Source: Gemmatimonadaceae bacterium (lineage in GTDB: Bacteria; Gemmatimonadota; Gemmatimonadetes; Gemmatimonadales; Gemmatimonadaceae). Taken from it: DNA of 37,028 nucleotides. The stretch spans positions 146,201-183,228 of the forward strand of contig JBBDYC010000001.1 in the NCBI GenBank assembly GCA_040901985.1. The letters run 5' to 3'. Of this stretch, positions 18,631 through 28,531 are shown piece by piece; the stretch's first letter is position 1, and each line of letters begins with the position of its first letter. The translations under genes and the position numbers were made by a program. A model generated the notes under the pieces. It had not been told where the DNA came from. It worked only from the letters and a program-made list of their open reading frames with translations, and did no database searches.

Positions 18631-20697
18631 ATGCGACGTTCGTCCGTGCGCCTGACCCTGGCGCTCTGCGCCCTCCTTGTCGCCTTTGCCTCGGTGGCCG
18701 GCGCGCAGGACCGGCTTCGCCAGATGCCGGGGTACGCCCGCTGGTCGGAGATGGGGCCGCGGATTGCCGCGTCGGTGCGGAGCGGCGCGGTCAACGCGCA
18801 GTGGGCCGACGACTCCCGGTCGTTTGAGTACGCGCTGGCCGGAAAGCGGTATCGGTTTGACCTGACGACGCGGCAGGCGAGCGAGATCACCGCCGCGGCC
18901 GCTCCCGCGCCGGTGCGGCGCGGCGGGCCGGCGCGCGGGCGGCAGTTCACCGAGGCGTGGGCCGACGACTCGTCGCGCAAGGCGCTCTACCGCGACCGCA
19001 ACCTCTACATCGCCGACCGTGACGGCAGCAACGAGCGCCAGGTCACGACCGACGGCAGCGCCGAGCGCCGGATCAAGTACGGCACGGCGAGCTGGGTCTA
19101 CGGCGAGGAACTCGACCAGGTCACCGCGATGTGGTGGTCGCCAGACGGCTCGAAGCTCGCCTACTATCGGTTCGACGAGTCGCCGGTCCCCGACTACGTG
19201 CTGCAGACCGACCAGACCACGGTGCAGGGGAGCGCGATGTACGAGGCCTACCCGAAGGCGGGGACCGACAACCCGATCGTGGATCTCTATGTCTTCGACC
19301 TCGCCACCGGCCGGAGCACCCGGCTCGACGTGCGGGACGGCCGGCCCCTCACCGACGAGGTCGTTGGCCACTACGTGTACAACATCCGCTGGAGCCCGGA
19401 CGGGCGCGAGTTGCTGGTCAACCGCACCAATCGGCGCCAGAACGTGCTGGAGTTTGCCGCCTGCGCGCCGGCCACCGGGGCCTGCCGTGTGGTGATCCGC
19501 GAGGAGTGGCCCACCGGGTGGGTGGAGAACTCCCCGCCGCTCACCTGGCTGGCTGACGGCCGTCGCTTCATCTGGGCGTCGGAGCGGACCGGCTTCCGCA
19601 ACTTTTACCTGTACGACCTCACCGGACGTCTCATTGCGACGCTGACGAACCACGAGTTCGAGGTGGGGCCGGTCGTCAAGGTGGACGAAGCGGCCGGCCA
19701 GCTCTGGTACTACGCGCGGAGCGGCGACAACTATCTCAAGCAGCAGCTGCATCGTGTGCGGCTGAACGGCCGCAACGGCCGGCGGCTCACCGACCCGACG
19801 TACCACCATACCGTGAGCGTGGCCCCCAACGGGAGACACTTCACCGACGTCGCGCAACGCCACGACGTCGCGCCGATCACGCGCCTGATGGACGCCAATG
19901 GCCGTCCGCTCGCGACAGTCGCCGAGAGCGACCTCGGCGGCTTCCACGAGGCCGGATTCAAGCTGGTGGAGATGATGCACTACACGGCGGCCGACGGCAC
20001 GACCGACCTGCCGTTGATGATCCACCGCCCCTCGGACTTCGACGCCAGCAAGCGTTACCCGGTGCTCTTCTCCGTGTACGCGGGGCCGGCGACGAACGGC
20101 GCGCGGGAGCTATTCACCACACCCAACGCGCTGACGGAATTCGGGTTCATCGTGGTGACGGTGGACACGCGCGCGGCGGCCGGCCGCGGCAAGCGCGCGC
20201 TCGACGCGCTCTACCTCCGGCTCGGTGAGGTGGAGGTGGACGACCTCGCGGCGGCCGCGCGTAGGGTGGCTGCGCTCCCCTTCGTGGACGGCGCCCGGGT
20301 CGGGATCTACGGCACCTCGTACGGCGGCTACGCCTCCGCACTGGCGCTGTTGCGGTATCCGAACGAGTTCCACGCCGCATCGGCGTCGAGCGCGGTGACG
20401 AGCTGGCACCACTACGACACGATCTACACCGAGCGGTATATGTACACGCCGCAGGCGAATCCCGAGGGGTACCGCAAGGGGAACGCGATGGAGTACGTGC
20501 AGGATCTGCGCGGGCGGCTGCTGATCTACTACGGCACGGCCGATGACAATGTGCATCCCAACAACTCGATGCAGCTGCTCCGCGCGCTGGTGGCGGCGGG
20601 GAAGAGCCACGACGTCCAGGTCGGGCCCGACGCCGGCCATTCGGGGATCAATCCCCAGCGGATGATGGAGTTCTTCATCGAGGCGCTGGCGCGGTAG
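18631..20697 (+). CDS. S9B dipeptidyl-peptidase IV family serine peptidase
   Basis: Signal peptide; WVYGEE, WWSPDG, YPKAG, nucleophile GTSYGG, YDTIYTERYM, DDNVH, terminal GH. Confidence 0.93.
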   Translation: MRRSSVRLTLALCALLVAFASVAGAQDRLRQMPGYARWSEMGPRIAASVRSGAVNAQWADDSRSFEYALAGKRYRFDLTTRQASEITAAAAPAPVRRGGPARGRQFTEAWADDSSRKALYRDRNLYIADRDGSNERQVTTDGSAERRIKYGTASWVYGEELDQVTAMWWSPDGSKLAYYRFDESPVPDYVLQTDQTTVQGSAMYEAYPKAGTDNPIVDLYVFDLATGRSTRLDVRDGRPLTDEVVGHYVYNIRWSPDGRELLVNRTNRRQNVLEFAACAPATGACRVVIREEWPTGWVENSPPLTWLADGRRFIWASERTGFRNFYLYDLTGRLIATLTNHEFEVGPVVKVDEAAGQLWYYARSGDNYLKQQLHRVRLNGRNGRRLTDPTYHHTVSVAPNGRHFTDVAQRHDVAPITRLMDANGRPLATVAESDLGGFHEAGFKLVEMMHYTAADGTTDLPLMIHRPSDFDASKRYPVLFSVYAGPATNGARELFTTPNALTEFGFIVVTVDTRAAAGRGKRALDALYLRLGEVEVDDLAAAARRVAALPFVDGARVGIYGTSYGGYASALALLRYPNEFHAASASSAVTSWHHYDTIYTERYMYTPQANPEGYRKGNAMEYVQDLRGRLLIYYGTADDNVHPNNSMQLLRALVAAGKSHDVQVGPDAGHSGINPQRMMEFFIEALAR

Positions 20698-21655
20698 CTC
20701 CGGCCGGGGGCGCGGGGCGCGTGAGCACCTCGGCGAGGAGGCGCTCCAGCACGTCGGGGCGGTTACCCTGCATATGGAGACCGGGGAGCCAGACGAGTTC
20801 CTTCGGCGCCCGCGCCGCCTCCCAGAGCAGTTCCACCGATCGGCGCGGGATCTTCTCGTCGTCCTCGGCGTTGAGCATCACCACCGGTCGCGGCGAGACC
20901 TGCGCAATCCAGCGCTCGGGCGCGAAACGCGGGCCGGAGATCAGGAGCGTCGCCAGCGCGGCGACCGTCGCGCGCGCCGGCGCGAATCCGATATCCCGCT
21001 CGAGTCCCCGTGCAATCAGCGCGTAGGGGTCGCCGCCGCCGTGGGCAAGCCAGAGTCGGGTGACGCGCCCGTCGCGCGCGGCGGCGATGATGGCGAAGGG
21101 TGTCCCGAAGCTGGCGCCGACGAGTTCCACCCGCGTGGGGTCAACGTCCGGGCGCTGCAGGAGATAGTCGAGCGCGAGATGGACGGCCGGCGGGATGTCA
21201 TAGAATGCCCGTCGGATCGCCGGCACTTGGGCGACAGCGGCAAGGCCACTCGCGCGATGGTCGCCGTCAAATGGGTACTCGAGGAAGGCGAACACATTGC
21301 CGTGCGTGTCGGTGAGGAGGTCGCCGGCGGCCTTTCCGCGCTCGTGGCCGCCGAGGACCAGGAAGAGCGGGCGCCGGACGATTTCGTCAGGGCGCTCCGC
21401 GCCGGCCGGCCGGCGAATCCCGACCTCGACGGTCAGGCCGCTGCTCGAGGTGAGCCGCACGTCCTGCGCGGCAGTAACGGTGGTCGCGGCGGTCGCCGCC
21501 GCCGCGGTGACGGCCTGCTCCTCGACCAGCGTCAACACCCCGCGGCGCGCCGCAAAGACCGGTTCGGGGTCGCGGAGGAGCCAGAGCACCGCGGCGGCCG
21601 AGCCGAGCGCGGAGGTGGCGACGAGAACGAGCAGGACGCGCCGGAGTCGGGTCAT
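20675..21655 (-). CDS. Membrane-anchored alpha/beta hydrolase
   Basis: N-terminal TM segment; DYLLQRPDVDPTRVELVGASFG nucleophile elbow; candidate Asp (NAEDDEKI) and His (PGLHMQ). Confidence 0.8.
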   Translation of the reverse strand: MTRLRRVLLVLVATSALGSAAAVLWLLRDPEPVFAARRGVLTLVEEQAVTAAAATAATTVTAAQDVRLTSSSGLTVEVGIRRPAGAERPDEIVRRPLFLVLGGHERGKAAGDLLTDTHGNVFAFLEYPFDGDHRASGLAAVAQVPAIRRAFYDIPPAVHLALDYLLQRPDVDPTRVELVGASFGTPFAIIAAARDGRVTRLWLAHGGGDPYALIARGLERDIGFAPARATVAALATLLISGPRFAPERWIAQVSPRPVVMLNAEDDEKIPRRSVELLWEAARAPKELVWLPGLHMQGNRPDVLERLLAEVLTRPAPPAGATAPAPR

Positions 21656-21702
21656 TGTCGGTCATATACCCCGGTGACCCCGCCTCCGGCCTCCCGGGGG
21701 AC

Positions 21703-22446
21703 TCAGGGGGAGACGAGCGCCCGAATCTCCGGCGGCAGTGCGAAGTGCACCGGGTCCTGCGGGCCGAACTCAACGGAGACCACCGTCAGGATCTGCTGCA
21801 TTCCCATCGCGCTCTGCGTGATCCTGTGCGCGATGAGGATCCCCTTGACCGGGCGGTAATCGGTGTACCGACCGACCGCCTCGATCACCCCTTGCGGGGA
21901 TTCCTGCGTCGTCCGGGTCTCGACCATCAGCCCGCTGACCTCCGAATAGCACTCCGTGGTCACGCGGCTCGAGAGCCAGGTCAGCTTCACGCAGAGGGCC
22001 TTCTCCCCGTCCACCTCGGCCTCGCCGGCCATCTCCATCGCCGAGAAGAGCTCGGGCGTCCGTCCCATGGCGCGAAGGTTCGCGCCGTCAATGATGACCG
22101 CCGCCTCCGCTCCCGTCATCACGCGCGGCCCCTGCATCGGATCGCTCGACCAGGCGGTCGTGCCGTTGTAGCCCGACTTCATCTCGCCGAGCCCGGGGAT
22201 GCTCATCAGCATCGCCATATGGCCCGGCTGGCGCTGATAGGCGGTGACGTTCGCACTCATCCCGGCCGCCGGGATCTCCATCGTGACGGTGGACTTCATT
22301 CCCTCGATCGCCGCGATGCGGCCGTCGGGATCGATGGTCCTGGTGTAGCGGGCAAGGATTTCCGCCGGCGTCGTCTGCGCCGCCAGGGGCGCGGCCAGCG
22401 ACAGGAGGGCGGCGGCAAGGAGCGTGGGACGGAACACGGATGACAT
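21703..22446 (-). CDS. Exported hypothetical protein (LolA-like/DUF620-type fold suspected)
   Basis: Signal peptide (LAAQ); EILARY..., SGYNGTTAW..DPMQGPR, YTDYRPVKGILIAH and C-terminal FALP resemble outer-membrane lipoprotein-sorting-like proteins. Confidence 0.65.
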   Translation of the reverse strand: MSSVFRPTLLAAALLSLAAPLAAQTTPAEILARYTRTIDPDGRIAAIEGMKSTVTMEIPAAGMSANVTAYQRQPGHMAMLMSIPGLGEMKSGYNGTTAWSSDPMQGPRVMTGAEAAVIIDGANLRAMGRTPELFSAMEMAGEAEVDGEKALCVKLTWLSSRVTTECYSEVSGLMVETRTTQESPQGVIEAVGRYTDYRPVKGILIAHRITQSAMGMQQILTVVSVEFGPQDPVHFALPPEIRALVSP

Positions 22447-22484
22447 CGGGTCCTCGGGACGAGTGGGGCGACCGCTGGGGCAGG

Positions 22485-23795
22485 TCAGGGAATCGTGCGG
22501 GCGAGCCAGGCCCGTGCGGCGTCGAGCGCCGCATCGCGACCGTCCAGCAGGTCACGGCGCGTGAGCGGAGTGACCTCGTCCGGCACCACGCCGCGTCCCT
22601 CGACGCGGCGACCGCCGGCATCCACGTGGTCAGCGATCGGGTGCATCAGGACATCGCCGTTCGGCAACCGCACCATCGCCGCCGGCAACGCCTCGCCGGC
22701 GCTGGTCTCCCCGAAGATACGGGCGCGGCCGAGCGCCTGCATCCCCGCCGCGAAGAACTCCGACGTGCTGGCCGAGAACGGGTCAATGAGAATCGCAATC
22801 GGGCCGGTGAAGACGTTTACGCGCTCGCCGGACGGGTTCACCAGCCGCGGGTTGGCGCGCAAGTTGAGCGTGGCGCCGCGGCCGTACATCACGCCGAGGT
22901 TGACCGCCGAGTCGGAGAAATGGCCGGCCACGCCGGCGAGCATCCCAACGACGCCGCCGGGATTCCCGCGCAGGTCAATGATCAGCGCCGGGGCCTCGCG
23001 GAGCGCGAAGAGCTGTCGGTCCAGCGTCGGGGCGATGACCGGGAACCAGGCCGAAATGGTGATCCGCGGCACGAGGATCGCGCGGCGCGCCGACACCACG
23101 CGGACGGAATCGGCGTGCGAGCGCACGACGAGGGGAGGCAGGTTCCCGAACCGCGTGGACTGGCCGGCGAGGGCCGTGCGGACCACGGCATAGCTCCGCG
23201 CGCGTCCGCGCCGATCGCGGACGGTGAGGCGCGCCGTGTCGCCGGTGGGGCCGCTCAGGCGGGCGTTGGCGAGCGAGGCGAGGAGAAGCGCCGACTTGCG
23301 CGGATTGTCGGGGAAGGCGCGCCCCAGCCGGTCCCGCAGCGAATCCACGGGCACGGTGTCCACGTGGGTAAGGGTACTGCCGGCGCGGATGCCGGCGCGC
23401 GCGCCGGGGCTCCCCGGGGCCACCCGCCAGACCACGGCGGTGTCGCCGATCATCCGAATCTCGATTCCGGTGGTGCCGGGTGGCCCGCCAGACGTCGGCG
23501 CATCGGGCCGCGGCACCGCATCGCCGGGAATGAGTGCGAAGTGCGACTGCCTTGGCACGGCAATCAGCCGGCGAATGGCGGCGCGCACGGCCGCATCCCG
23601 CGCCGTATCGCCCAGTGCGAGGCGCAGCGAGTCATAGGTGGAGCGCCAGGCGCCTTTCACCAGTGCCGTGTCGTAGTAACTGCGCCCGATGGACGCCCAC
23701 GCCGAGTCGAGGCTGGCGATGGGCGGCGGCGCGTCCTGCGCCGGGACCATCCCGCCGTAGAGAGCGAGCGCGAGGATCGCTACGGGCATTCGCAT
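22485..23795 (-). CDS. S41 family (C-terminal processing/tail-specific) peptidase with PDZ domain
   Basis: PDZ segment (GIEIR...VAPGSPGARAGI), IIDLRGNPGG, SASTSE (catalytic Ser), GETSAG, EGRGVVPD. Confidence 0.92.
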   Translation of the reverse strand: MRMPVAILALALYGGMVPAQDAPPPIASLDSAWASIGRSYYDTALVKGAWRSTYDSLRLALGDTARDAAVRAAIRRLIAVPRQSHFALIPGDAVPRPDAPTSGGPPGTTGIEIRMIGDTAVVWRVAPGSPGARAGIRAGSTLTHVDTVPVDSLRDRLGRAFPDNPRKSALLLASLANARLSGPTGDTARLTVRDRRGRARSYAVVRTALAGQSTRFGNLPPLVVRSHADSVRVVSARRAILVPRITISAWFPVIAPTLDRQLFALREAPALIIDLRGNPGGVVGMLAGVAGHFSDSAVNLGVMYGRGATLNLRANPRLVNPSGERVNVFTGPIAILIDPFSASTSEFFAAGMQALGRARIFGETSAGEALPAAMVRLPNGDVLMHPIADHVDAGGRRVEGRGVVPDEVTPLTRRDLLDGRDAALDAARAWLARTIP

Positions 23796-23893
23796 TGACG
23801 ATTGTAGTCCGCGGCGCGCGTCCGCGCCAAGCCCGGCCGCCTCGGCGCGCCAGTTCTGTTCCGAAGTGTGCGTCCGGTCGTCTATTATTCACT

Positions 23894-25072
23894 GTGACCG
23901 CGACCCAGATCACTCCTGCCGAGGCCCGTCGGATCGTCCCCGAGCTCGCGGCCACGCGAAACCCGAACGTCTGGGTCTACCGATTCGAGGAGCCGACCCG
24001 TGGCTGGGTCCTCTCGGTCGCCACCCACGCGCCCCCGGGATCGGGCAAGCTCTCCCTCGGTGGTTTCCGGATCGCGCCGGTCGAGCGCACCGCTTCACCT
24101 GGGTTCACGACCGACCGCGAGGCAATCGCGCTGGCCACGGGGATGGAAGAGAAGGTGCACTGGTCGCGGGTGATCGGCGCCGGCGGCCCGTTGGCGATGC
24201 GCGACATCAACCGGATCGTCGGCGGCAAGTGCGTCCTTGCGCCGTCGGCCGACGCGCGGGTGGGGCAGCCCCACGATGCCGAGCTGCTCGACTTCGCCAT
24301 CGCCGCGTTCCACGAGATCGAGTCCACCGCCGGCATCCACCTGACCACCGGCCAGGACCTCGGGCACGGCCTGATGCACGACGGCCGCACGTCGTCGCTG
24401 GCGTATCTCAATGCCCGCTACAAGGGGAGCGTCGTCGCCGACACGTCCATTCCGACGGCGGAGGGAAACTTCCACCTGCTCCACGGGATGATGCGCGCAC
24501 ACGGCCTGCCAATCGAGCGCTCGACGGTGGGGTTGATCGGCTGTGGCAACATCGGGATGCATATCATCCGGCGGCTGCGCGAGCACGCGAGCGGTGTGCG
24601 TCTGCTCGCCTGCGAGACGCGGGCCGACCGACGGGCGGAGCTGGAGGCGATGGGGGTCCGCACCTGGGCCGCCGAGGCGAAGGGGGGGTTCCTCGCGCAG
24701 CCGATGGACGCGCTGGTCGTGAACGCCGCCGGCGGCACACTCGACCGCGCCGCGGTGGACGCCTGCGTGGCGAACGCGGCGCTGCGGGTCATCTGCGGGA
24801 GCGAGAATCTCGCGATGCCCGACGCGTCTGACGCGCTCGTCCTGCGCGACGCGAAGAAGGTCTACGCCCCGGCCGAATTCGGCGGGATGATGGGCTACCT
24901 GACCGCCGTCGAGGAGTATCTCTCGGCGCTCGAGGGCGTGCCGTTCGACGTCACGACGCTGCTCGAGGCGTCGAAGCGACTGGAGACGGCCGGGCACGAG
25001 ACCACGGCGCGAATCCTTGCCGCCGCCGGCCGCGAGACGTTCGAAGAGGCGGTGACGGCGCTCTACGCCTGA
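23894..25072 (+). CDS. Divergent Glu/Leu/Phe/Val amino-acid dehydrogenase family protein
   Basis: LGGFR, GMEEK, GGKCV, TGQDLG, Rossmann GCGNIG and ICGSEN occur in the order seen in LeuDH/PheDH; GTG start at 23894. Confidence 0.75.
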   Translation: MTATQITPAEARRIVPELAATRNPNVWVYRFEEPTRGWVLSVATHAPPGSGKLSLGGFRIAPVERTASPGFTTDREAIALATGMEEKVHWSRVIGAGGPLAMRDINRIVGGKCVLAPSADARVGQPHDAELLDFAIAAFHEIESTAGIHLTTGQDLGHGLMHDGRTSSLAYLNARYKGSVVADTSIPTAEGNFHLLHGMMRAHGLPIERSTVGLIGCGNIGMHIIRRLREHASGVRLLACETRADRRAELEAMGVRTWAAEAKGGFLAQPMDALVVNAAGGTLDRAAVDACVANAALRVICGSENLAMPDASDALVLRDAKKVYAPAEFGGMMGYLTAVEEYLSALEGVPFDVTTLLEASKRLETAGHETTARILAAAGRETFEEAVTALYA

Positions 25073-25080
25073 GGCCCCGC

Positions 25081-25869
25081 TCAGCGCGCGCGGAACGCCG
25101 CCAGCGCGTCGCGGGTGAAGTCGGAGAGTACCATCCGTCCGCTCATCGCCGCGCGATCGGCCATCAGCGCGTCCCACCCCTCGGTGCCGCGCCAGAAGAC
25201 GCGCTTGAGCTCGGCCATCGCCTCGGGGTGGGTCGCCGCGAGCCGCGTGGCGTGCGCGGCGACGGTCGCGTCGAGCGCCGACGCGTCGGGACAGACCTGC
25301 CCGTACAGCCCGTGCCGCTCGCACCAGGCGGCGTCGTGCCAGTCGGCGTGGACGGCGAGATGCATGAACGGCGCCCGGCCGAGCTTGTGCTCAATCGCCA
25401 CGCCCACCACGAACGGGCCGAGCCCCACCTGCAGCTCGCTGAGTTTGACGCTCGCCTCGGGGACGGCGCAGGAGTAGTCGCCCGCGGCAATGATGCCGAG
25501 CGCGCCGCCGGCGGCGCGGCCCTGGACCCGCACGAGCACGAACTTCGGCGCGCGGATCATTGCCAGGATCACCCGCGAGAATCCGAGGAAGAATTCCTTG
25601 CCGGCCGCCGCGTCAGCGACGGCGCTGAACTCGTCGAACGACGCGCCGGCGCAGAAGGTGCCGTTGCCGCCGCTTCGCAGGACGATGACGCGCGCGGCGG
25701 GGTCGTTGCCGAGCGCGGTCACGGCCGACGCCAGTTCGTTGAGGAGCTTGGCGGGAAGTGCGTTGCCCTTGGGGTGGGAGAACGCGACCGTGGCGATGCC
25801 GTCGGCGATCGAGGTCCGGACCTCGCCGTCGGGGACCGGCGCTGCGGCGGGGGCGGATTTCTTGCTCAT
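25081..25869 (-). CDS. Enoyl-CoA hydratase/isomerase (crotonase) family protein, methylglutaconyl-CoA hydratase-like
   Basis: FCAGASF oxyanion motif, VQGRAAGGALG, LSELQVGLGP; only one of the two crotonase Glu residues is present. Confidence 0.88.
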   Translation of the reverse strand: MSKKSAPAAAPVPDGEVRTSIADGIATVAFSHPKGNALPAKLLNELASAVTALGNDPAARVIVLRSGGNGTFCAGASFDEFSAVADAAAGKEFFLGFSRVILAMIRAPKFVLVRVQGRAAGGALGIIAAGDYSCAVPEASVKLSELQVGLGPFVVGVAIEHKLGRAPFMHLAVHADWHDAAWCERHGLYGQVCPDASALDATVAAHATRLAATHPEAMAELKRVFWRGTEGWDALMADRAAMSGRMVLSDFTRDALAAFRAR

Positions 25870-25899
25870 GGCCCCAAAGATATCGTATAGATTCCAGCT
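25870..25899. promoter_or_regulatory. 30-bp divergent intergenic region with back-to-back -10-like hexamers (putative leaderless promoters)
   Basis: TAGATT (25888-25893) 6 nt before the paaA ATG; TATCTT on the minus strand (25882-25877) 7 nt before the crotonase ATG; AT-rich; no clear SD for paaA. Confidence 0.55.
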
Positions 25900-26871
25900 A
25901 TGGACCAGAGTCTTTTACCAGCCGCCCCCCAGGACGACCCGGCGCTCGTCGCGGGCTTTGAGGCCCGGATCGCGGCCGGCGAGAGCATCGAGCCGAAGGA
26001 CTGGATGCCGGACCGGTACCGGAAGCAACTCACCCGGATGATGGCGCAGCACGCGCACTCCGAGATCGTGGGCATGCTGCCGGAAGGGAACTGGATCACC
26101 CGCGCGCCGTCGCTCCGCCGCAAGTTGTCGCTGATTGCCAAGGTGCAGGACGAGGCGGGGCACGGACTCTACATCTACTGCGGCACCGAGACACTCGGCG
26201 TGGACCGCCACGAGTTGGTCGCGCAGCTGCTCGACGGCACGGCGAAGTACTCGAGCATCTTCAATTATCCGACGCTGAGCTGGGCCGATATGGGCGTCAT
26301 CGGCTGGTTTGTGGATGGCGCGGCGATCGTCAACCAGACGGTGCTCGCCAAGGCCTCGTACGGCCCCTACGCGCGCGCGATGGTGCGGATCTGCAAGGAA
26401 GAGAACTTCCACAAGCGCCAGGGCTACGAGATCTGCGCCACCCTGGCCAGCGGGACGCCGGCGCAGCGCGCGATGCTGCAGGACGCCGTGAACCGCTTCT
26501 GGTGGCCGTCCCTGATGATGTTCGGGCCGAGCGACACCGACTCGCCGAATTCGGCCGAGCTGCTCAAGTGGCGCGTCAAGCGAAAGACGAACGATGAGCT
26601 ACGGCAGCGATTCGTGAATCTCACCGTGCCGCAGGCGCAGGCGATCGGCGTGTTGCTGCCGGACCCAGACCTCACGTACGACGCCGCGACGAAGAACTGG
26701 GAGTTCGGCGCGATTGACTGGGACGAGTTCTGGCAGGTGGTCAAGGGCAATGGACCGTGCAACGCCGAGCGGCTGGCGGCGCGGAACAAGGCACACGCGG
26801 ACGGCGCCTGGGTGCGGGAGGCGGCGCTGGCCTACGCGGCCAAGCATCGGCGGACGACGGAGGCCGCGTGA
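25900..26871 (+). CDS. paaA: 1,2-phenylacetyl-CoA epoxidase catalytic subunit A
   Basis: [54 protein letters not shown]. Confidence 0.97.
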   Translation: MDQSLLPAAPQDDPALVAGFEARIAAGESIEPKDWMPDRYRKQLTRMMAQHAHSEIVGMLPEGNWITRAPSLRRKLSLIAKVQDEAGHGLYIYCGTETLGVDRHELVAQLLDGTAKYSSIFNYPTLSWADMGVIGWFVDGAAIVNQTVLAKASYGPYARAMVRICKEENFHKRQGYEICATLASGTPAQRAMLQDAVNRFWWPSLMMFGPSDTDSPNSAELLKWRVKRKTNDELRQRFVNLTVPQAQAIGVLLPDPDLTYDAATKNWEFGAIDWDEFWQVVKGNGPCNAERLAARNKAHADGAWVREAALAYAAKHRRTTEAA

Positions 26872-27155
26872 GCGAGGCGTCGTGGCCGCTGTGGGAAGTC
26901 TTCACGCAGGGGAGCGAGGGCGCGCCGTTCGAGCACGCCGGGTCGCTCCACGCCACCGATGCCGAGCAGGCGCTGCAGAACGCTCGCGACGTGTACGCGC
27001 GGCGTGGCGAGGCGGTGAACCTCTGGGTGGTGCCGAGCGCGGCGATCACGGCGTCGGCGCCGAGCGACGCCGGGCCCTTCTTCGATCCGGGAAACGAAAA
27101 GGCGTACCGGCACCCGCAGTTCTACAAGGTGCCGCGCGGCGTACGCGTCTTCTGA
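26868..27155 (+). CDS. paaB: 1,2-phenylacetyl-CoA epoxidase subunit B
   Basis: [43 protein letters not shown] start overlaps the paaA stop. Confidence 0.95.
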   Translation: MSEASWPLWEVFTQGSEGAPFEHAGSLHATDAEQALQNARDVYARRGEAVNLWVVPSAAITASAPSDAGPFFDPGNEKAYRHPQFYKVPRGVRVF

Positions 27156-27997
27156 TGCCCGAGCTCGAAGGGGACGCCGGCGGGGTCGGTGCGGGGGAGG
27201 CGACGTCGGGCGTGGCGCCGGTCGCCGGACCGCGGAACGCGCCGGTGGGGGAGCCGCTTGTCGAGTTCCTCCTCCGACTTGGCGATGACCGCCTCGTGCT
27301 CGGACACCGGCTCTCGGAATGGACCGGCCACGGGCCGATTCTCGAGGAGGACATCGCCACCGCCAACGTGGCGCTCGACCTGATCGGCCAGGCCACGCTG
27401 CTGCTCAAGCTCGCCGGCGCCGCGGAGGGGCAGGGACGGGACGAGGACGCGCTCGCCTACTTTCGCGATGGCGTGGAGTATCGGAACTGCCTGCTCGTCG
27501 AGCAGCCCAACGGCGATTTCGGCGACACGATGGTGCGGCAGCTCCTGTTCGACACGTACAGTGTCCTGCTTTGGGAGGCCCTCGCCAAGTGCGGCCATGC
27601 CGAGCTCGCGGCGATCGCGGCGAAGGCGCTGAAGGAGGGGAAGTACCACCTCCGCCACTCGAGCGAGTGGGTCGTCCGGCTCGGCGACGGCACCGCGGAG
27701 AGCCACGCGCGCGTGCAGGGGTCGCTCGATCGGCTCTGGCGCTACACCGGCGAGCTCTTTGACCGCGACGAGGTGGACGACCGCGTGGCGGCCCACGGGA
27801 TCGGGGTGGATACGGCGGGCATCGAGCGGCGGTGGGAGGCGATGGTGCGCGACGTGCTGGCGCGCGCGACGCTCGAGCGCCCCGCCGATGGCCCGATGCA
27901 GCGCGGCGGCCGGCGGGGGCGGCACTCCGAGCACCTCGGCCACCTGCTGGCGACGATGCAGAGTGTCGCGCGGGCGCATCCCGGCGCGAGCTGGTAG
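27155..27997 (+). CDS. paaC: 1,2-phenylacetyl-CoA epoxidase subunit C
   Basis: LRLGDDRLVLGHRLSEWTGHGPILEEDIA, LVEQPNGDFG, HSEHLGHLL, HPGASW. Confidence 0.95.
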   Translation: MPELEGDAGGVGAGEATSGVAPVAGPRNAPVGEPLVEFLLRLGDDRLVLGHRLSEWTGHGPILEEDIATANVALDLIGQATLLLKLAGAAEGQGRDEDALAYFRDGVEYRNCLLVEQPNGDFGDTMVRQLLFDTYSVLLWEALAKCGHAELAAIAAKALKEGKYHLRHSSEWVVRLGDGTAESHARVQGSLDRLWRYTGELFDRDEVDDRVAAHGIGVDTAGIERRWEAMVRDVLARATLERPADGPMQRGGRRGRHSEHLGHLLATMQSVARAHPGASW

Positions 27998-28003
27998 GGG
28001 ACC

Positions 28004-28495
28004 GTGCTCACCCGCGCGCAGGCCCTGGAAGTTCTCGGCACCGTGCCCGACCCCGAAGTGCCGGCGGTCAGCGTGGTCGAACTCGGGATCGTGCGCGATG
28101 TGGAGGTCGCCGCTGACGGGGCGGCGACGGTGACGATCACGCCGACCTATTCCGGGTGTCCGGCGATGTTCGAGATCGAGAAGGACGTGCGCGCGGCACT
28201 GCTGGGCGCCGGGGCGGCCTCGGTGGACGTGCGGACGTTGCTGTCGCCCGCCTGGACGACCGACTGGATCGGCGCCGAGGCCCGCGAGAAGCTGCGCCAG
28301 TACGGGATTGCCCCGCCGGGACGCGCCCAAGAGGGCGGCCTCGTCACGCTCACGCGGCGGCACGCGCCGGTGCCCTGCCCGTTCTGTGGGTCGGGCGACA
28401 CGCAGCTCAAGAGCGAGTTCGGGTCCACGGCGTGCAAGGCAATCCACGTCTGCAACAACTGTCGGCAGCCGTTCGACGAGTTCAAGGCGATTTAA
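28004..28495 (+). CDS. paaD: 1,2-phenylacetyl-CoA epoxidase subunit D (SufT/DUF59 plus Cys-rich tail)
   Basis: VPDPEVP, TPTYSGCPAM, LSPAWTTDW, CPFCGS, FGSTACKA, C..CRQPFDEFK. Confidence 0.95.
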   Translation: MLTRAQALEVLGTVPDPEVPAVSVVELGIVRDVEVAADGAATVTITPTYSGCPAMFEIEKDVRAALLGAGAASVDVRTLLSPAWTTDWIGAEAREKLRQYGIAPPGRAQEGGLVTLTRRHAPVPCPFCGSGDTQLKSEFGSTACKAIHVCNNCRQPFDEFKAI

Positions 28496-28531
28496 CGACA
28501 GGCGAGAGCCCTGCACGCGGCGTCCCGGCGG

